Shown here: positions 1 through 9,601 of the stretch, piece after piece
Numbering within the stretch: position 1 is the stretch's first letter
Layout: every line of letters starts with the position of its first letter
Source: Actinomycetota bacterium
GTDB lineage: Bacteria; Actinomycetota; Actinomycetes; JACCUZ01
Direction: 5' to 3'
Assembly: GCA_030841025.1 (NCBI GenBank)
Contig: JAVEDJ010000309.1
Coordinates: 1-43,549 of the forward strand
DNA length: 43,549 nt
The notes under the pieces: generated by a model
Told to the model about the DNA's origin: nothing
Database searches by the model: none
What the model saw: only the letters and a program-made list of their open reading frames with translations
Program-made: the position numbers and the translations under genes

Positions 1-1100
1 ACGACCGCCTCGTCGGGGCCGTCGACGGCCGCGGCCCGGTGCCAGGCGTACCGGTCCGGGTCGTCCACGGCGTCGAGGGCGGCGGCGAGGGCCCGGTGCG
101 CTTCGCGTCGCTCCATGCTGGTCGCCGCCTGGTACACCGCGGACCGGACCAGCGGGTGCCGGACCGCGACTGTGCCGCCGTCGACGACGAGCAGCCCGGA
201 CCGTTCCGCGGCGTCGAGAGCGCTCGGTTCCACGCCGAGGACTGCGGCGGCCTGGCGCAGCGTGGCGACCAGACCGGAGTCGTCCGCGGCGGCGACGAGC
301 AGCAGCGTCTGCACCGGCGGCGGCAACCGGCGGCACCTGTCCAGGAAGACGCGATCCATCCCGACGGTGAGGTGTAGATGGGCGGGCATCGGCGCGGCGC
401 CGGCCAGCTGTTCACCGGAGAGCGTGGTGGGGAGCTCGACCAGTGCGAGCGGGTTCCCGGCGGACTGGGTCATCAGCCGGTCCGCGACCTCGTCGGGCAC
501 CGTGTCGCCGGCCGCCTCGGTGAGAAGCGCGCGGGCCGCTGCGCCGGTCAGCGGCGTCAGCGCGACGCTGGGGAGGTCGTCGGGTGCGAACGTGCGGCCC
601 TCGCCGTCGCGGGCGGCGAACACAACAGCGACCCGATCGGCGCCCAGTCGCCGCGAGGCGACCAGGATCGCGTCCGCGGTGGCCTGGTCGAGCCACTGTG
701 CGTCGTCGATCACGCACAACACCGGCGCATCCTCGGCAGCCTCGGTCAGCATCGACAGGGTCGCCAGCGCCACCAGGAACGGCTGCACCGTGACGTCGTT
801 CTCCTGGCCGAATGCGATCCGCAGCGCACTGGCCTGCGGCCCGGGGAGCCGCTCGAGGTGGCCGAGCACGGGACGCAACAGCCGGTGCAGCGCGGCAAAC
901 GCCAACGGCGCCTCGGACTCCAAGCCTTGCGTGCGCAGCACTCGTACGTCGCTGCCGGTGTTCGCGACGAGGTCCTCGAGCAGCGCGGACTTCCCCACCC
1001 CCGGGTCCCCGTGCAGCAGCAGGGTTCCGGCCTTGCCCTGACGGGCGTCCTCGAGGAGCGCGGCGAGGCTGGCCCTCTCGGCGTCCCGCCCGTACAGCAC
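1..1100 (-). CDS. AAA-ATPase-domain transcriptional regulator, probably LAL/LuxR type (partial, runs off the window)
   Basis: Not in the ORF track because the stop is outside the window. Hand translation from GTG at 1100 gives MLYGRDAERASLAALLEDARQGKAGTLLLHGDPGVGKSALL (Walker A GDPGVGKS) and later VLCVIDDAQWLD (Walker B). The LuxR HTH is inferred, not visible. Confidence 0.88.
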   Translation of the reverse strand, partial: MLYGRDAERASLAALLEDARQGKAGTLLLHGDPGVGKSALLEDLVANTGSDVRVLRTQGLESEAPLAFAALHRLLRPVLGHLERLPGPQASALRIAFGQENDVTVQPFLVALATLSMLTEAAEDAPVLCVIDDAQWLDQATADAILVASRRLGADRVAVVFAARDGEGRTFAPDDLPSVALTPLTGAAARALLTEAAGDTVPDEVADRLMTQSAGNPLALVELPTTLSGEQLAGAAPMPAHLHLTVGMDRVFLDRCRRLPPPVQTLLLVAAADDSGLVATLRQAAAVLGVEPSALDAAERSGLLVVDGGTVAVRHPLVRSAVYQAATSMERREAHRALAAALDAVDDPDRYAWHRAAAVDGPDEAV

Positions 1101-1149
1101 AACCGTGACGCTAACGCCCCGATGTCGCCGAGGGGTGGTCTCGGCGGAT

Positions 1150-1171
1150 CCCGGCGCATTCGCCGGGGCGA
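1150..1171 (+). promoter_or_regulatory. Candidate operator, copy 1 (CCCGG-N7-GCCGGGGCGA)
   Basis: CCCGGCGCATTCGCCGGGGCGA between the divergent regulator and the HD gene; a near-copy lies at 2074-2095. Confidence 0.4.
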
Positions 1172-1262
1172 TCGTCACGGATCGCCGCGACCGTGGGGTA
1201 ACTCGGCACACCGGCGTGCCGGGACGGACCCGGCACGTTCGCCGCAGCTCAGTGGAGACGCC

Positions 1263-2030
1263 ATGACCCAGACACCCACCGACCTCGGCACACATCCCTG
1301 GGTGGAACGCAGCGGCGGGCGGCTCACCGCCGCGGAGCGCCGCAGCCTGCTCCGGCCGCTCGCGAGCACGCACGCGACCAACGCGGTCGGCCGGCTCTCG
1401 ATGCTCCTGCGCCTCAACTCCGGCCGCAGGGCGCCGATCACCCTCGGCCAGCGGCCGCCCCCCGACTCGGTCCTGACCCGGGCAGCCGAGGGACTGGCCC
1501 GGCGCCGGCTGAGCGCTGCACTGCTCAACCACTCCTACCGGACGTACGTGTTCGGGGCGGCGCTGGGCGAGCTGGACGACCTGGACGTGGACCGGGAGCT
1601 GCTGTTCGCGGCGGCGCTGCTGCACGACGTCGGGCTCCCGACCCCCGTACCTCAGATCGACTTCACGAGGGCCAGCGCCCGGGTCGCCCGCGGGGTCGCC
1701 GAGGACGTAGGGCTCTCGACGGCCGCCACCGACATCCTGCGGACCGCGATCACGCTTCACCACAGCCCAGGCGTAACCATGGCTCACGGCCCGGTCGCAT
1801 ATCTCCTCTCGGCCGGCGCCGGGCTCGACGTCGCGGGCCTGCGGTCCTGGCAGCTTCCCCCCGAGATGCTCGCCACGGTCACCGCGGCGCACCCACGGCT
1901 CGGGTTCAAGCGGGAGTTCGCCTCTGCGTTCCGCGCCGAAGCCGCCCGGGTGCCCCGCGGCCGGGCCGCGTTCCTGCGGCGGTACGGCGCGTTCGACCTG
2001 GCCATCAGGGCCGCCCCATTTCGCGGCTGA
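1263..2030 (+). CDS. HD-domain metal-dependent phosphohydrolase (cyanamide hydratase-like)
   Basis: LNHSYRTY...AALLHDVGL...AITLHH motifs; GGAG RBS before ATG 1263 (MTQTPT). The track ORF is over-extended upstream. Confidence 0.85.
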   Translation: MTQTPTDLGTHPWVERSGGRLTAAERRSLLRPLASTHATNAVGRLSMLLRLNSGRRAPITLGQRPPPDSVLTRAAEGLARRRLSAALLNHSYRTYVFGAALGELDDLDVDRELLFAAALLHDVGLPTPVPQIDFTRASARVARGVAEDVGLSTAATDILRTAITLHHSPGVTMAHGPVAYLLSAGAGLDVAGLRSWQLPPEMLATVTAAHPRLGFKREFASAFRAEAARVPRGRAAFLRRYGAFDLAIRAAPFRG

Positions 2031-2073
2031 GCACGCTTGTCGCCGGTCACCGCAGTTCGCACAAACGCGGGAA

Positions 2074-2095
2074 CCCGGTCATTCGGCCGGGGCGA
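2074..2095 (+). promoter_or_regulatory. Candidate operator, copy 2
   Basis: CCCGGTCATTCGGCCGGGGCGA about 80 nt upstream of the hydrolase start; matches 1150-1171. Confidence 0.4.
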
Positions 2096-2173
2096 CCAGC
2101 CGGCTTCGCGCCCACGCTCAGTACGTACCTCCCGCCCGGCTCGATCGCCTCACCTTCTGGAAGCGAGACCGTC

Positions 2174-3574
2174 ATGACGACCAGCACCCCCACCCCGACC
2201 GGCCAGTCCACCTTCGACGACGGCGCCACCGCCCATGAGGTGCCCGTCGCGCGTCGCCGTCTGCTCCCCGTCGGGGTGGCGGTGTCCATCGCGATGCTCA
2301 GCGGCCTGGTGAACGCCCTGGTTCTCGTCCTGGTCGTGTTCGCCGGCGCCAGCGAGCCCGTCATCACCGGTGCGGGCCTGATCGGCCTCGCCACCGGGTG
2401 GGCGCTCCTCGCGGCACTCACGACCCGGTGCACCGACCAGCCGCAGCGCTGGGCCGTTGTCCCGGCCGTCGTGATGGCCGCCACCGGTGCCGGGCTGCTC
2501 GCCGTTACCCCCGGTGACGGCGCGCTCGGCGCGGCCGGCTGGGTGTGGCCGCCGGCCGCCCTGGTCCTTGCCGTCTGGATCGAGCGCGCCGTACGCCGCG
2601 CCACGACCGGCCGGTCCCGCTGGCTGCTGTACCCGGTCATCGGCGTGGTCACCGTTGCGGCCATCGGCGGGATCGTCGAGAGCGTCGCCCTGACCCGCGA
2701 CGACGGCCGGTACCCGATGACCGGCACGCTGTACGACGTGGGTGGGCACCGCCTGCACCTGAGCTGCACCGGCACCGGCAGCCCCACCGTCGTGCTCGAG
2801 AACGGCCTGAACGAGATCTCGCCACTGTGGAGCGCCATCACCGCGCAGGTCTCGCGGACCACGCGGGTCTGCGCGTACGACCGGGCCGGGCAGGGCTGGA
2901 GCGACGACGTCGACGGCCCACAGGACGGGCACGCCGTCGCCGCCGACCTACATGCCCTGCTGGCCCGTGCCGGCGAGCACGCCCCGTATGTGCTGGCCGG
3001 TCACTCCTCCGGGGGCACATTGGCCATGACCTACGCCGCCCGTTATCCGGCACAGGTCGCCGGCATAGTGCTGCTCGACTCGTCCAGCCCGCACCAGTTC
3101 ACCGACCAGCCCGACTTCCCCGGCGCCTACGCGATGATGCGCCGACTGCTGCCCGTGTTCCCCGCCCTGGCCCGCGTCGGCGCGCTGCACCTCATGCCCG
3201 CGTCGACGTCGACCGCCCTCTCCCCGAGCGCCGCAGCGCAGGTTCAGTCGTTCGCGACCAGCCCCCGAGGCGCCAACAACATGCGCGACGAGCAAGCCCA
3301 GCTCCGGAACGTGTTCACCCAGGCGCAGGCGCTGACCACGTTCGACCCGAAGCCGCTGGCCGTGGTCACCGCCCGGGAGAACGCCGACGGGACGAAGGGC
3401 TGGTCCACCGCGCAGAACCATCTCGCGGCGCTATCGACCAACAGCACGCGCTGGGTCGCAGACACCACCCACGTCGGGCTCCTCGACGACAAGGCCGGGT
3501 CAGCCAACTCCATCCGCGCCATCACCGCGGTAGTCACCGCGGTCCGCACCGGCGCACCGCTGACCTCCCGATGA
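2174..3574 (+). CDS. Alpha/beta hydrolase with N-terminal multi-TM region
   Basis: About 5 hydrophobic segments, then YDVGGHRLHL, YDRAGQGWS, nucleophile elbow GHSSGG and a C-terminal His (TTHVG). Confidence 0.88.
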   Translation: MTTSTPTPTGQSTFDDGATAHEVPVARRRLLPVGVAVSIAMLSGLVNALVLVLVVFAGASEPVITGAGLIGLATGWALLAALTTRCTDQPQRWAVVPAVVMAATGAGLLAVTPGDGALGAAGWVWPPAALVLAVWIERAVRRATTGRSRWLLYPVIGVVTVAAIGGIVESVALTRDDGRYPMTGTLYDVGGHRLHLSCTGTGSPTVVLENGLNEISPLWSAITAQVSRTTRVCAYDRAGQGWSDDVDGPQDGHAVAADLHALLARAGEHAPYVLAGHSSGGTLAMTYAARYPAQVAGIVLLDSSSPHQFTDQPDFPGAYAMMRRLLPVFPALARVGALHLMPASTSTALSPSAAAQVQSFATSPRGANNMRDEQAQLRNVFTQAQALTTFDPKPLAVVTARENADGTKGWSTAQNHLAALSTNSTRWVADTTHVGLLDDKAGSANSIRAITAVVTAVRTGAPLTSR

Positions 3575-3648
3575 GCACGACCAGACCGGCGAGATCCGAA
3601 AGCAGGACCCGTCCCGCACCTTGCGCAGACTCGACCACAGGAGTTCTC

Positions 3649-5148
3649 ATGCACACCACCGAAACCGCAACCACCAGCACCGCACCAGCACCACACCCCG
3701 GCCCCCACGCAGCAGTGCACGGCGACCCGGAGCAGCCCGGCACCGGTGACCGCAAGTCGTGGGCTGTCCTCGCCCTCGCCCTCACCGCGCAGATCTTGGT
3801 CGTCCTGGACATCTCTGTCGTCAACACCGCGCTGCCGGCCATCGGGAGATCGCTGCGGCTGGGAAGCAGCGACCTGCAGTGGTTGGTCACGGCCTACCTG
3901 CTGCTCTCCGGCGGCGGGCTGCTGCTCGGCGGCCGCATCGCGGACCTGCTGCCCCGACGCAGGGTGTTCCTCACCGGCATGACCGTCTTCACCAGCGCCT
4001 CGCTGTTCAGCGGCTTCGCCGGCAACGCCGCCGAGCTCATCGCCGCCCGGGCTACCCAAGGGCTCGGCGCTGCGTTGATGACCCCAGCTGCGCTGTCAAT
4101 CGTGATGACCACGTATTCCGGCGCACAGCGCACCAAGGGCCTCGCTCTCTGGGGCGCGGTTGGAAGCCTCGGCGTTGCCGCAGGTGTCCTGTTCGGTGGT
4201 GCTCTGACCACGTGGGCCGGTTGGCAGCTCATCTTCTGGGTCAACGTCCCCATCGGCGTGGTCGCCCTCGTCCTCGGGCTCAAGATCCTCCCGAAGGACG
4301 TCACCGCGCGCGCAGACCTCGCCCAGTTCGACCTGCCCGGCGCCTTCACCGTCATCGGTGGGCTCGCCGCCCTCATGTACGGCCTGGCCAGCACGTCGGC
4401 TCACGGCTGGCTCTCTGTCCGCGCCCTGGTCGCGTTCGCTGCGTCGGCGGTCCTGCTCGCAGCGTTCATCCACATCGAGAAGCGTGCGGCCCGCCCGCTG
4501 GTCCCTCCGCACACCTGGAAGGTCACCACGCTGGTGTCCGGCACGACCGTGATGCTCGGCGCGACCGCACTGCTCGTCGGGGCCGTGTTCATGACCAGCA
4601 TCTTCTTCCAGACCGTGATGGAGTACTCCGCACTGCGCGCGGGCGTCGCGTTCCTCCCGCTGGCACTCGCCATCACGGCCGGCACCCACCACGCCAGCAA
4701 GCTGCTGGCCAAGGCGTCACCGCGCAACATCGCCGCCGGTGGTCTCACCCTCGTCACAGCTGGTGCCGCCCTACTGTCATCGGTCGGCTCGGATGCGCAG
4801 TTCGCGACCGACCTGCTGCCCGGGATGCTCGTCCTCGGGTTCGGTGTCGGCGTGGTGTTCGTCGCCGTGGCCGTGACGGCGATGGCCGGCATCCCGGCCC
4901 AGCACGCCGGCATGGCCTCCGGGTTCCTGATGACCGGTCACGAGGTCGGTGCCGCCCTCGGTGTCGCCGTCCTGTCCGCGGTCGCGACCACTGCCGGCAG
5001 CCTCACCGAGCCGGCCGGAGTCGCCGACGGGTTCTCCGCCGCGTTCGTCGCGGCCGCTGTCCTCGCCGCCGCCGTCGGTGTCGTCGCCTTCGTCCGGATG
5101 TCCGCCGCTCGGATGGACGGCGCCGCAGCGATGCACATGCACCACTGA
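3649..5148 (+). CDS. MFS efflux transporter, DHA2 (EmrB/QacA-like)
   Basis: LVVLDISVVNTALP, WLVTAYLL, GGRIADLL, RATQGLGAA, WQLIFWVNVPIG; AGGAG RBS before ATG 3649. Confidence 0.93.
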   Translation: MHTTETATTSTAPAPHPGPHAAVHGDPEQPGTGDRKSWAVLALALTAQILVVLDISVVNTALPAIGRSLRLGSSDLQWLVTAYLLLSGGGLLLGGRIADLLPRRRVFLTGMTVFTSASLFSGFAGNAAELIAARATQGLGAALMTPAALSIVMTTYSGAQRTKGLALWGAVGSLGVAAGVLFGGALTTWAGWQLIFWVNVPIGVVALVLGLKILPKDVTARADLAQFDLPGAFTVIGGLAALMYGLASTSAHGWLSVRALVAFAASAVLLAAFIHIEKRAARPLVPPHTWKVTTLVSGTTVMLGATALLVGAVFMTSIFFQTVMEYSALRAGVAFLPLALAITAGTHHASKLLAKASPRNIAAGGLTLVTAGAALLSSVGSDAQFATDLLPGMLVLGFGVGVVFVAVAVTAMAGIPAQHAGMASGFLMTGHEVGAALGVAVLSAVATTAGSLTEPAGVADGFSAAFVAAAVLAAAVGVVAFVRMSAARMDGAAAMHMHH

Positions 5149-5229
5149 GTTCCTACGCGGTCGCTCCAGACCCGGCAGGACAACGGCCCTCCCGATCTTT
5201 CGTGCACGCGACTCACCGAGAAGGACACC

Positions 5230-7449
5230 ATGGACAGCAGCAGAGCCTCGATATCGACCGCGACGATGCCGGCGCCCCCGCGTCGAGCGCTGCCATCAAC
5301 GGACCCGGCTCGACCGAAGCGGCACACCGCGCTTGGCCGTCTCGGTACCTTCTGCGCCCGCCACCGCTGGTTCGTGGTGGCGGCGTGGATGGGCCTGTTC
5401 GTGATCGGGATGGTGGTCGGCAGCCAGGTGTTCGTGCACCTGAAGGACTCAAACGGCAGCGGTGCCGCAGAGTCGGTCAAGGGCTTCGACATCGTGGACA
5501 AGGTGTCGACCCGGGGCGGTTCGATGGTGGCGGTGATCGACGGCGCTGAGGTTGGCGATCCGGCGACACGACGCGCGGTGATGTCGGTGAGCCGAAGGGT
5601 CGCCAAGATCCCGGGCGTGACCGACGTGACAACGGCCTACAACAGCAACGACCTGCGGCTGCGGTCCACCGACGGGCGAGGCACATTGCTCGTGGTGTCC
5701 ACCACGAAGACCGACGACATGGCCGTGTCACATCAACAGGTGTCCGACGTGCGGAAGGCACTGGCCGGCTCTGTTCCCGGCGCCACGATCAAGGTCGGCG
5801 GCGGCCTCGCCGTCATGCACGACCAGATGCTCACGACGCAGAGCGACCTGGTCCGTGGTGAGGCGATTGCTATCCCGGTCCTGCTTGTCGCGCTGTTGTT
5901 CGTCTTCCGCGGCGTACGCGCCGCGCTCATCCCCATCCTCGGCGCGCTGGTCACCGTCGCTGGCGCGCTCCTGCTGCTGCTCGCTGTCACCAGGCTCGTC
6001 GACGTCGCGTCGTATGCCATCGACGTGGTCGCTCTGTTCGGCATCGCGCTCGCCGTCGACTACAGCCTCCTGATGGTCAACAGGTTCCGGGAAGAACGGG
6101 GTGCCGGACACCACGTGGAGGACGCGGTCGCCCGATCGGTGGCCGCCGCGGGACGCACGCTCACGTTCTCCGCGCTGACGGTGATCGCTTCGCTCTCCGG
6201 GCTGTTCGTGTTCAACGACCCGACCTTCACCTCGCTCGCGCTCGGCGGCATCGCGACCACACTGATCGCACTGGCCGCAGGGCTGACCCTCGTGCCGGCG
6301 CAGCTCGCCGTGTGGGGAAACAAGATCAAGGCAGAGACTCGGGCACCGGCCGCCGACGGCTTCTTCGGCCGGCTGGCCCGCCGTGTGCAGCGGCACCCGC
6401 TGGTCTTGGGATGCGCCGCCGCGGCCGCACTGCTCGCGGCCGGCGCCCCGTTCCTGTCGGTCAACTACGGGCAGAACGACCCCCGCCTGCTGCCACGGGC
6501 GCTGGAGTCCCGCTCGGTCGCCGACACGCTGGCTGCCCGCTTCCCCGGCAAGCAAGCCGACCCCATCCAGCTCGTGGCACGACGCGCCGCCGCCGACCCT
6601 GCGGTCGTGGCCTACGCCCACCGGATCGAAGCGATGCCAGGCGTCAGCACAGTCTCGATCGACGCAATGCCCGACAACATCTCCATCACCAACGTGGTCG
6701 CGACCGGCTCAACCCAGGGGCCCGGCGCCCAACGATTGGTCACCGAGTTACGGGCAGACCGCCCGACCTACCGAACGTATGTCAGCGGCAGCGCGGCGTT
6801 CCTGATGGACTTCAAGCACACCATCGCGACCCGGCTGCCCTGGGCGCTCGCGGTGATCGGCACAGCCACGTTCATCCTGCTGTTCCTGATGACCGGCTCT
6901 GTCCTCGTGCCGATCAAGGCGCTCGTCATGAACGTCCTGTCTCTCGGCGCAACCTTTGGTGCGCTCGTCTGGATCTTCCAGGACGGTCACCTCTCCGGGC
7001 TGCTCGGATTCGACGCCTTCGGGGCGATCGAAGTCTGGGTGCCCGTCGTCGTATTCGTCTTCGCGTTCGGCCTGTCGATGGACTACGAGGTGTTCCTCCT
7101 CTCGCGGATCAAAGAGGCCTACGACAAAACCGGAGACAGCGACAGCGCTGTCGCGGTTGGCCTGCAGCGATCCGGCCGCATCATCACCTCCGCCGCCGGA
7201 CTGGTCATGATCGTGTTCCTCGGCTTCGCCCTCGGGCAGAACCTCGGCATCAAACAAATGGGTCTCGCCCTCGCCATTGCGGTGGCCGTCGACGCCACTC
7301 TCATCCGCTGCGTCCTGGTACCCGCCACCATGACCCTCCTCGGCAACGCCAACTGGTGGGCACCTGCTCCCTTACGCCGCCTACACAACCGGTTCGGCCT
7401 AGCCGAAGGAACCTCCGCGATCGAGGTGGACCGCGTCGATGAGATGTGA
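5230..7449 (+). CDS. MMPL family transporter
   Basis: Two MMPL repeats with ALAVDYSLLMVNRFREE and GLSMDYEVFLLSRIKE; C-terminal NWWAP; AAGGA RBS. Confidence 0.93.
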   Translation: MDSSRASISTATMPAPPRRALPSTDPARPKRHTALGRLGTFCARHRWFVVAAWMGLFVIGMVVGSQVFVHLKDSNGSGAAESVKGFDIVDKVSTRGGSMVAVIDGAEVGDPATRRAVMSVSRRVAKIPGVTDVTTAYNSNDLRLRSTDGRGTLLVVSTTKTDDMAVSHQQVSDVRKALAGSVPGATIKVGGGLAVMHDQMLTTQSDLVRGEAIAIPVLLVALLFVFRGVRAALIPILGALVTVAGALLLLLAVTRLVDVASYAIDVVALFGIALAVDYSLLMVNRFREERGAGHHVEDAVARSVAAAGRTLTFSALTVIASLSGLFVFNDPTFTSLALGGIATTLIALAAGLTLVPAQLAVWGNKIKAETRAPAADGFFGRLARRVQRHPLVLGCAAAAALLAAGAPFLSVNYGQNDPRLLPRALESRSVADTLAARFPGKQADPIQLVARRAAADPAVVAYAHRIEAMPGVSTVSIDAMPDNISITNVVATGSTQGPGAQRLVTELRADRPTYRTYVSGSAAFLMDFKHTIATRLPWALAVIGTATFILLFLMTGSVLVPIKALVMNVLSLGATFGALVWIFQDGHLSGLLGFDAFGAIEVWVPVVVFVFAFGLSMDYEVFLLSRIKEAYDKTGDSDSAVAVGLQRSGRIITSAAGLVMIVFLGFALGQNLGIKQMGLALAIAVAVDATLIRCVLVPATMTLLGNANWWAPAPLRRLHNRFGLAEGTSAIEVDRVDEM

Positions 7450-7742
7450 AGCGGTGTTGGGTCCGGGCAAACTCGCTCGCGGAACCGGGTGGGAGTGGTC
7501 ACAGCAGTGGTCAGACTCTGCCGGACACAGCGGCGCTGAGCGTCACGGGAAGAAGCGATCTTGCTGACGCCTTGCTCACAGCAGCAGCGGAAACCGGTGG
7601 ACGTGGACGGAAGATCCACTGACAAACCCGCAGGTCAGGGGGTTGCAAATGGATCGGGCAGGGCTGTGGCGAGGTGGGTAGGCGTCCGGCCAGCCCCAGA
7701 GCGCTCGCGCACGGGCTCGCCCGACGCCTAGCCACCCGCGGG

Positions 7743-7817
7743 TCAGCGCGCGAACAGGAACAGCAGCAGGATGACGGCGATGACGAGTGCCGCGATGGCG
7801 ATCATGCGAGTACTCAT
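7743..7817 (-). CDS. 24-aa single-TM small protein (MSTRMIAIAALVIAVILLLFLFAR)
   Basis: GGAAGGG RBS upstream of ATG 7817; basic N-terminus plus one hydrophobic helix; occupies an intergenic gap. Confidence 0.55.
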   Translation of the reverse strand: MSTRMIAIAALVIAVILLLFLFAR

Positions 7818-7970
7818 TGCGAGCAGTCCCTTCCGGAGTGTTGCTGGTGGCCCCCGCGCCTTGATCTCCCGGCCCGTGGGGCAGCAAACTCTCCGGCCCT
7901 TGACAGAATGCGCGGTGCAGGGCCCGGTGCCCTCTTGGCAGCGCTCACTGACACGTCGGACGGAGCCGCA

Positions 7971-8390
7971 GTGCAGGTCACGATGATGCTCGCCGACGCG
8001 GCGCAAGAGGTGAACGGCAAGCTCTACGTCCTCGGCGGCGGGTGGTCGGTGACCGGCCCCGGGCTGCCGCCGATGGCGCTCGCGGTCAAGCTCGACGTGC
8101 CGTGGAGCGACGCCAACACACTGCACGAGTTCGAGATCCGGCTTGTCACGGCGGACGGCCACCCGGTGCAGGTCGAGGGCGACGACGAGGCGCTCGAGGT
8201 TCGGATCGCGGGCAAGTTCGAGGTGGGCCGCCCGCCGGGCCTGCCGCCGGGCAGCGACATCGACTTCGCCTTCACCGTCAACGTCGGACCGCTACCTCTG
8301 GCCAGCGGGCGGTACGCGTGGCAGCTGTGGATCGACGGGGCGACGGCGGAGGAATGGCAGCGGCCGTTCCAGGTGCGCAGTCACGCCTGA
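7971..8390 (+). CDS. Conserved hypothetical protein (DUF6941-like)
   Basis: MQVTMMLADAAQEVNGKLYVLGGGW pattern; GGAG RBS before GTG 7971. Confidence 0.75.
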   Translation: MQVTMMLADAAQEVNGKLYVLGGGWSVTGPGLPPMALAVKLDVPWSDANTLHEFEIRLVTADGHPVQVEGDDEALEVRIAGKFEVGRPPGLPPGSDIDFAFTVNVGPLPLASGRYAWQLWIDGATAEEWQRPFQVRSHA

Positions 8391-8410
8391 GGCCCCGATA
8401 GCCTGCGCCC

Positions 8411-9559
8411 GTGACTGATCCCGTCCAGTCCCTGCCGCGACTGGCCGACGTCCTCGCGGTGCTCGATGGGCTGTACGACCCACGATGGGCGCAGAGCTGG
8501 GACTCGGTCGGACTCGTCACCGGAGACCTCGACCAGCCGGTCCGCCGGGTGCTGCTGGCAGTCGACCCGGTCGACGCGGTCATCGCCGAGGCGGTCGACT
8601 GGCGAGCAGACCTGCTGCTCGTGCACCATCCTCTGCTGCTGCGGGGCGTGCACAGCATCGCGACCAACCACCCGAAGGGACGGGCGGTGACCGCACTGGT
8701 GCAGGCGGGCCTGGCCCTGCACGTCGCGCACACCAACGCCGACGTGGCGAGTCCCGGCGTCTCCGACGCGCTCGCGCGAACGCTCGGTCTGCATGACCTG
8801 CGGCCCCTTCAGCCCGTCGCCGGTGACGCCCTCGACAAGATCGTGGTCTTCGTGCCGACCGCTGATGCCGAGCGGGTGCTGGACGCGATGGCGGACGCGG
8901 GGGCGGGCCGGGTCGGTGCCTACGAACGGGCTGCCTGGTCCACCGAGGGCATCGGAACCTTCCGGCCACTCGACGGAGCGCGCCCAGCAGTCGGCGAGAT
9001 CGGCGCCGTCGAGCAGGTCCACGAGGTCCGGGTCGAGATGGTGGTCAGCCCCCGCCGTCGTACCGCCGCGATCGAGGCACTTCGCGCGGCGCACCCCTAC
9101 GAGGAACCGGCCTTCGACGTGATCCCGACCGCGACCCCACCCGGCCCGCGGGGCGTCGGACGCGTGGGCGAGCTCCCCGAGTCCGAGACGCTGCAGGCCT
9201 TCGCCGCGAGGGTCTCGCGCGCGCTGCCGGTGACACCGGCCGGAGTGCGGGTTGCGGGCGACCTCGGCGCGGACGTACGCACCGTTGCCGTCTGCGGGGG
9301 AGCGGGCGACGACCTCTTCGACGACGTACGGCGAGCCGGGGCGGACGTCTATGTCACGGCAGACCTCCGCCACCACCCTGCCTCGGAGTCTCTCGCGCAC
9401 GGTGGGCCCGCTCTGGTCGACTGCGCCCACTGGGCCACCGAGTGGCCGTGGCTGGGCGTCGCCGAGCAGCAGTTGCTCGACGGGCTGGCCGCGCGGGGGG
9501 CTACGGTTGAGACTCGTGTCTCGCACCTCGTGACCGATCCGTGGTCCTTCCGTGTCTGA
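8411..9559 (+). CDS. Nif3-like dinuclear metal-centre hexameric protein
   Basis: AQSWDSVGL, LLVHHPL, HTNAD, PII-like insert with HPYEEPAFD, TADLRHH, AHWATE. Confidence 0.95.
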   Translation: MTDPVQSLPRLADVLAVLDGLYDPRWAQSWDSVGLVTGDLDQPVRRVLLAVDPVDAVIAEAVDWRADLLLVHHPLLLRGVHSIATNHPKGRAVTALVQAGLALHVAHTNADVASPGVSDALARTLGLHDLRPLQPVAGDALDKIVVFVPTADAERVLDAMADAGAGRVGAYERAAWSTEGIGTFRPLDGARPAVGEIGAVEQVHEVRVEMVVSPRRRTAAIEALRAAHPYEEPAFDVIPTATPPGPRGVGRVGELPESETLQAFAARVSRALPVTPAGVRVAGDLGADVRTVAVCGGAGDDLFDDVRRAGADVYVTADLRHHPASESLAHGGPALVDCAHWATEWPWLGVAEQQLLDGLAARGATVETRVSHLVTDPWSFRV

Positions 9560-9601
9560 CGGCGGATCGCAGCTGAACTACGCAGACCACTGGAGATTGC
9601 G

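Noticed and set aside
2545-3648. N-terminal extension making an 867-aa MFS protein
   Set aside because: It is an Arg/Pro-rich off-frame read of the hydrolase gene; the RBS-supported start is 3649.
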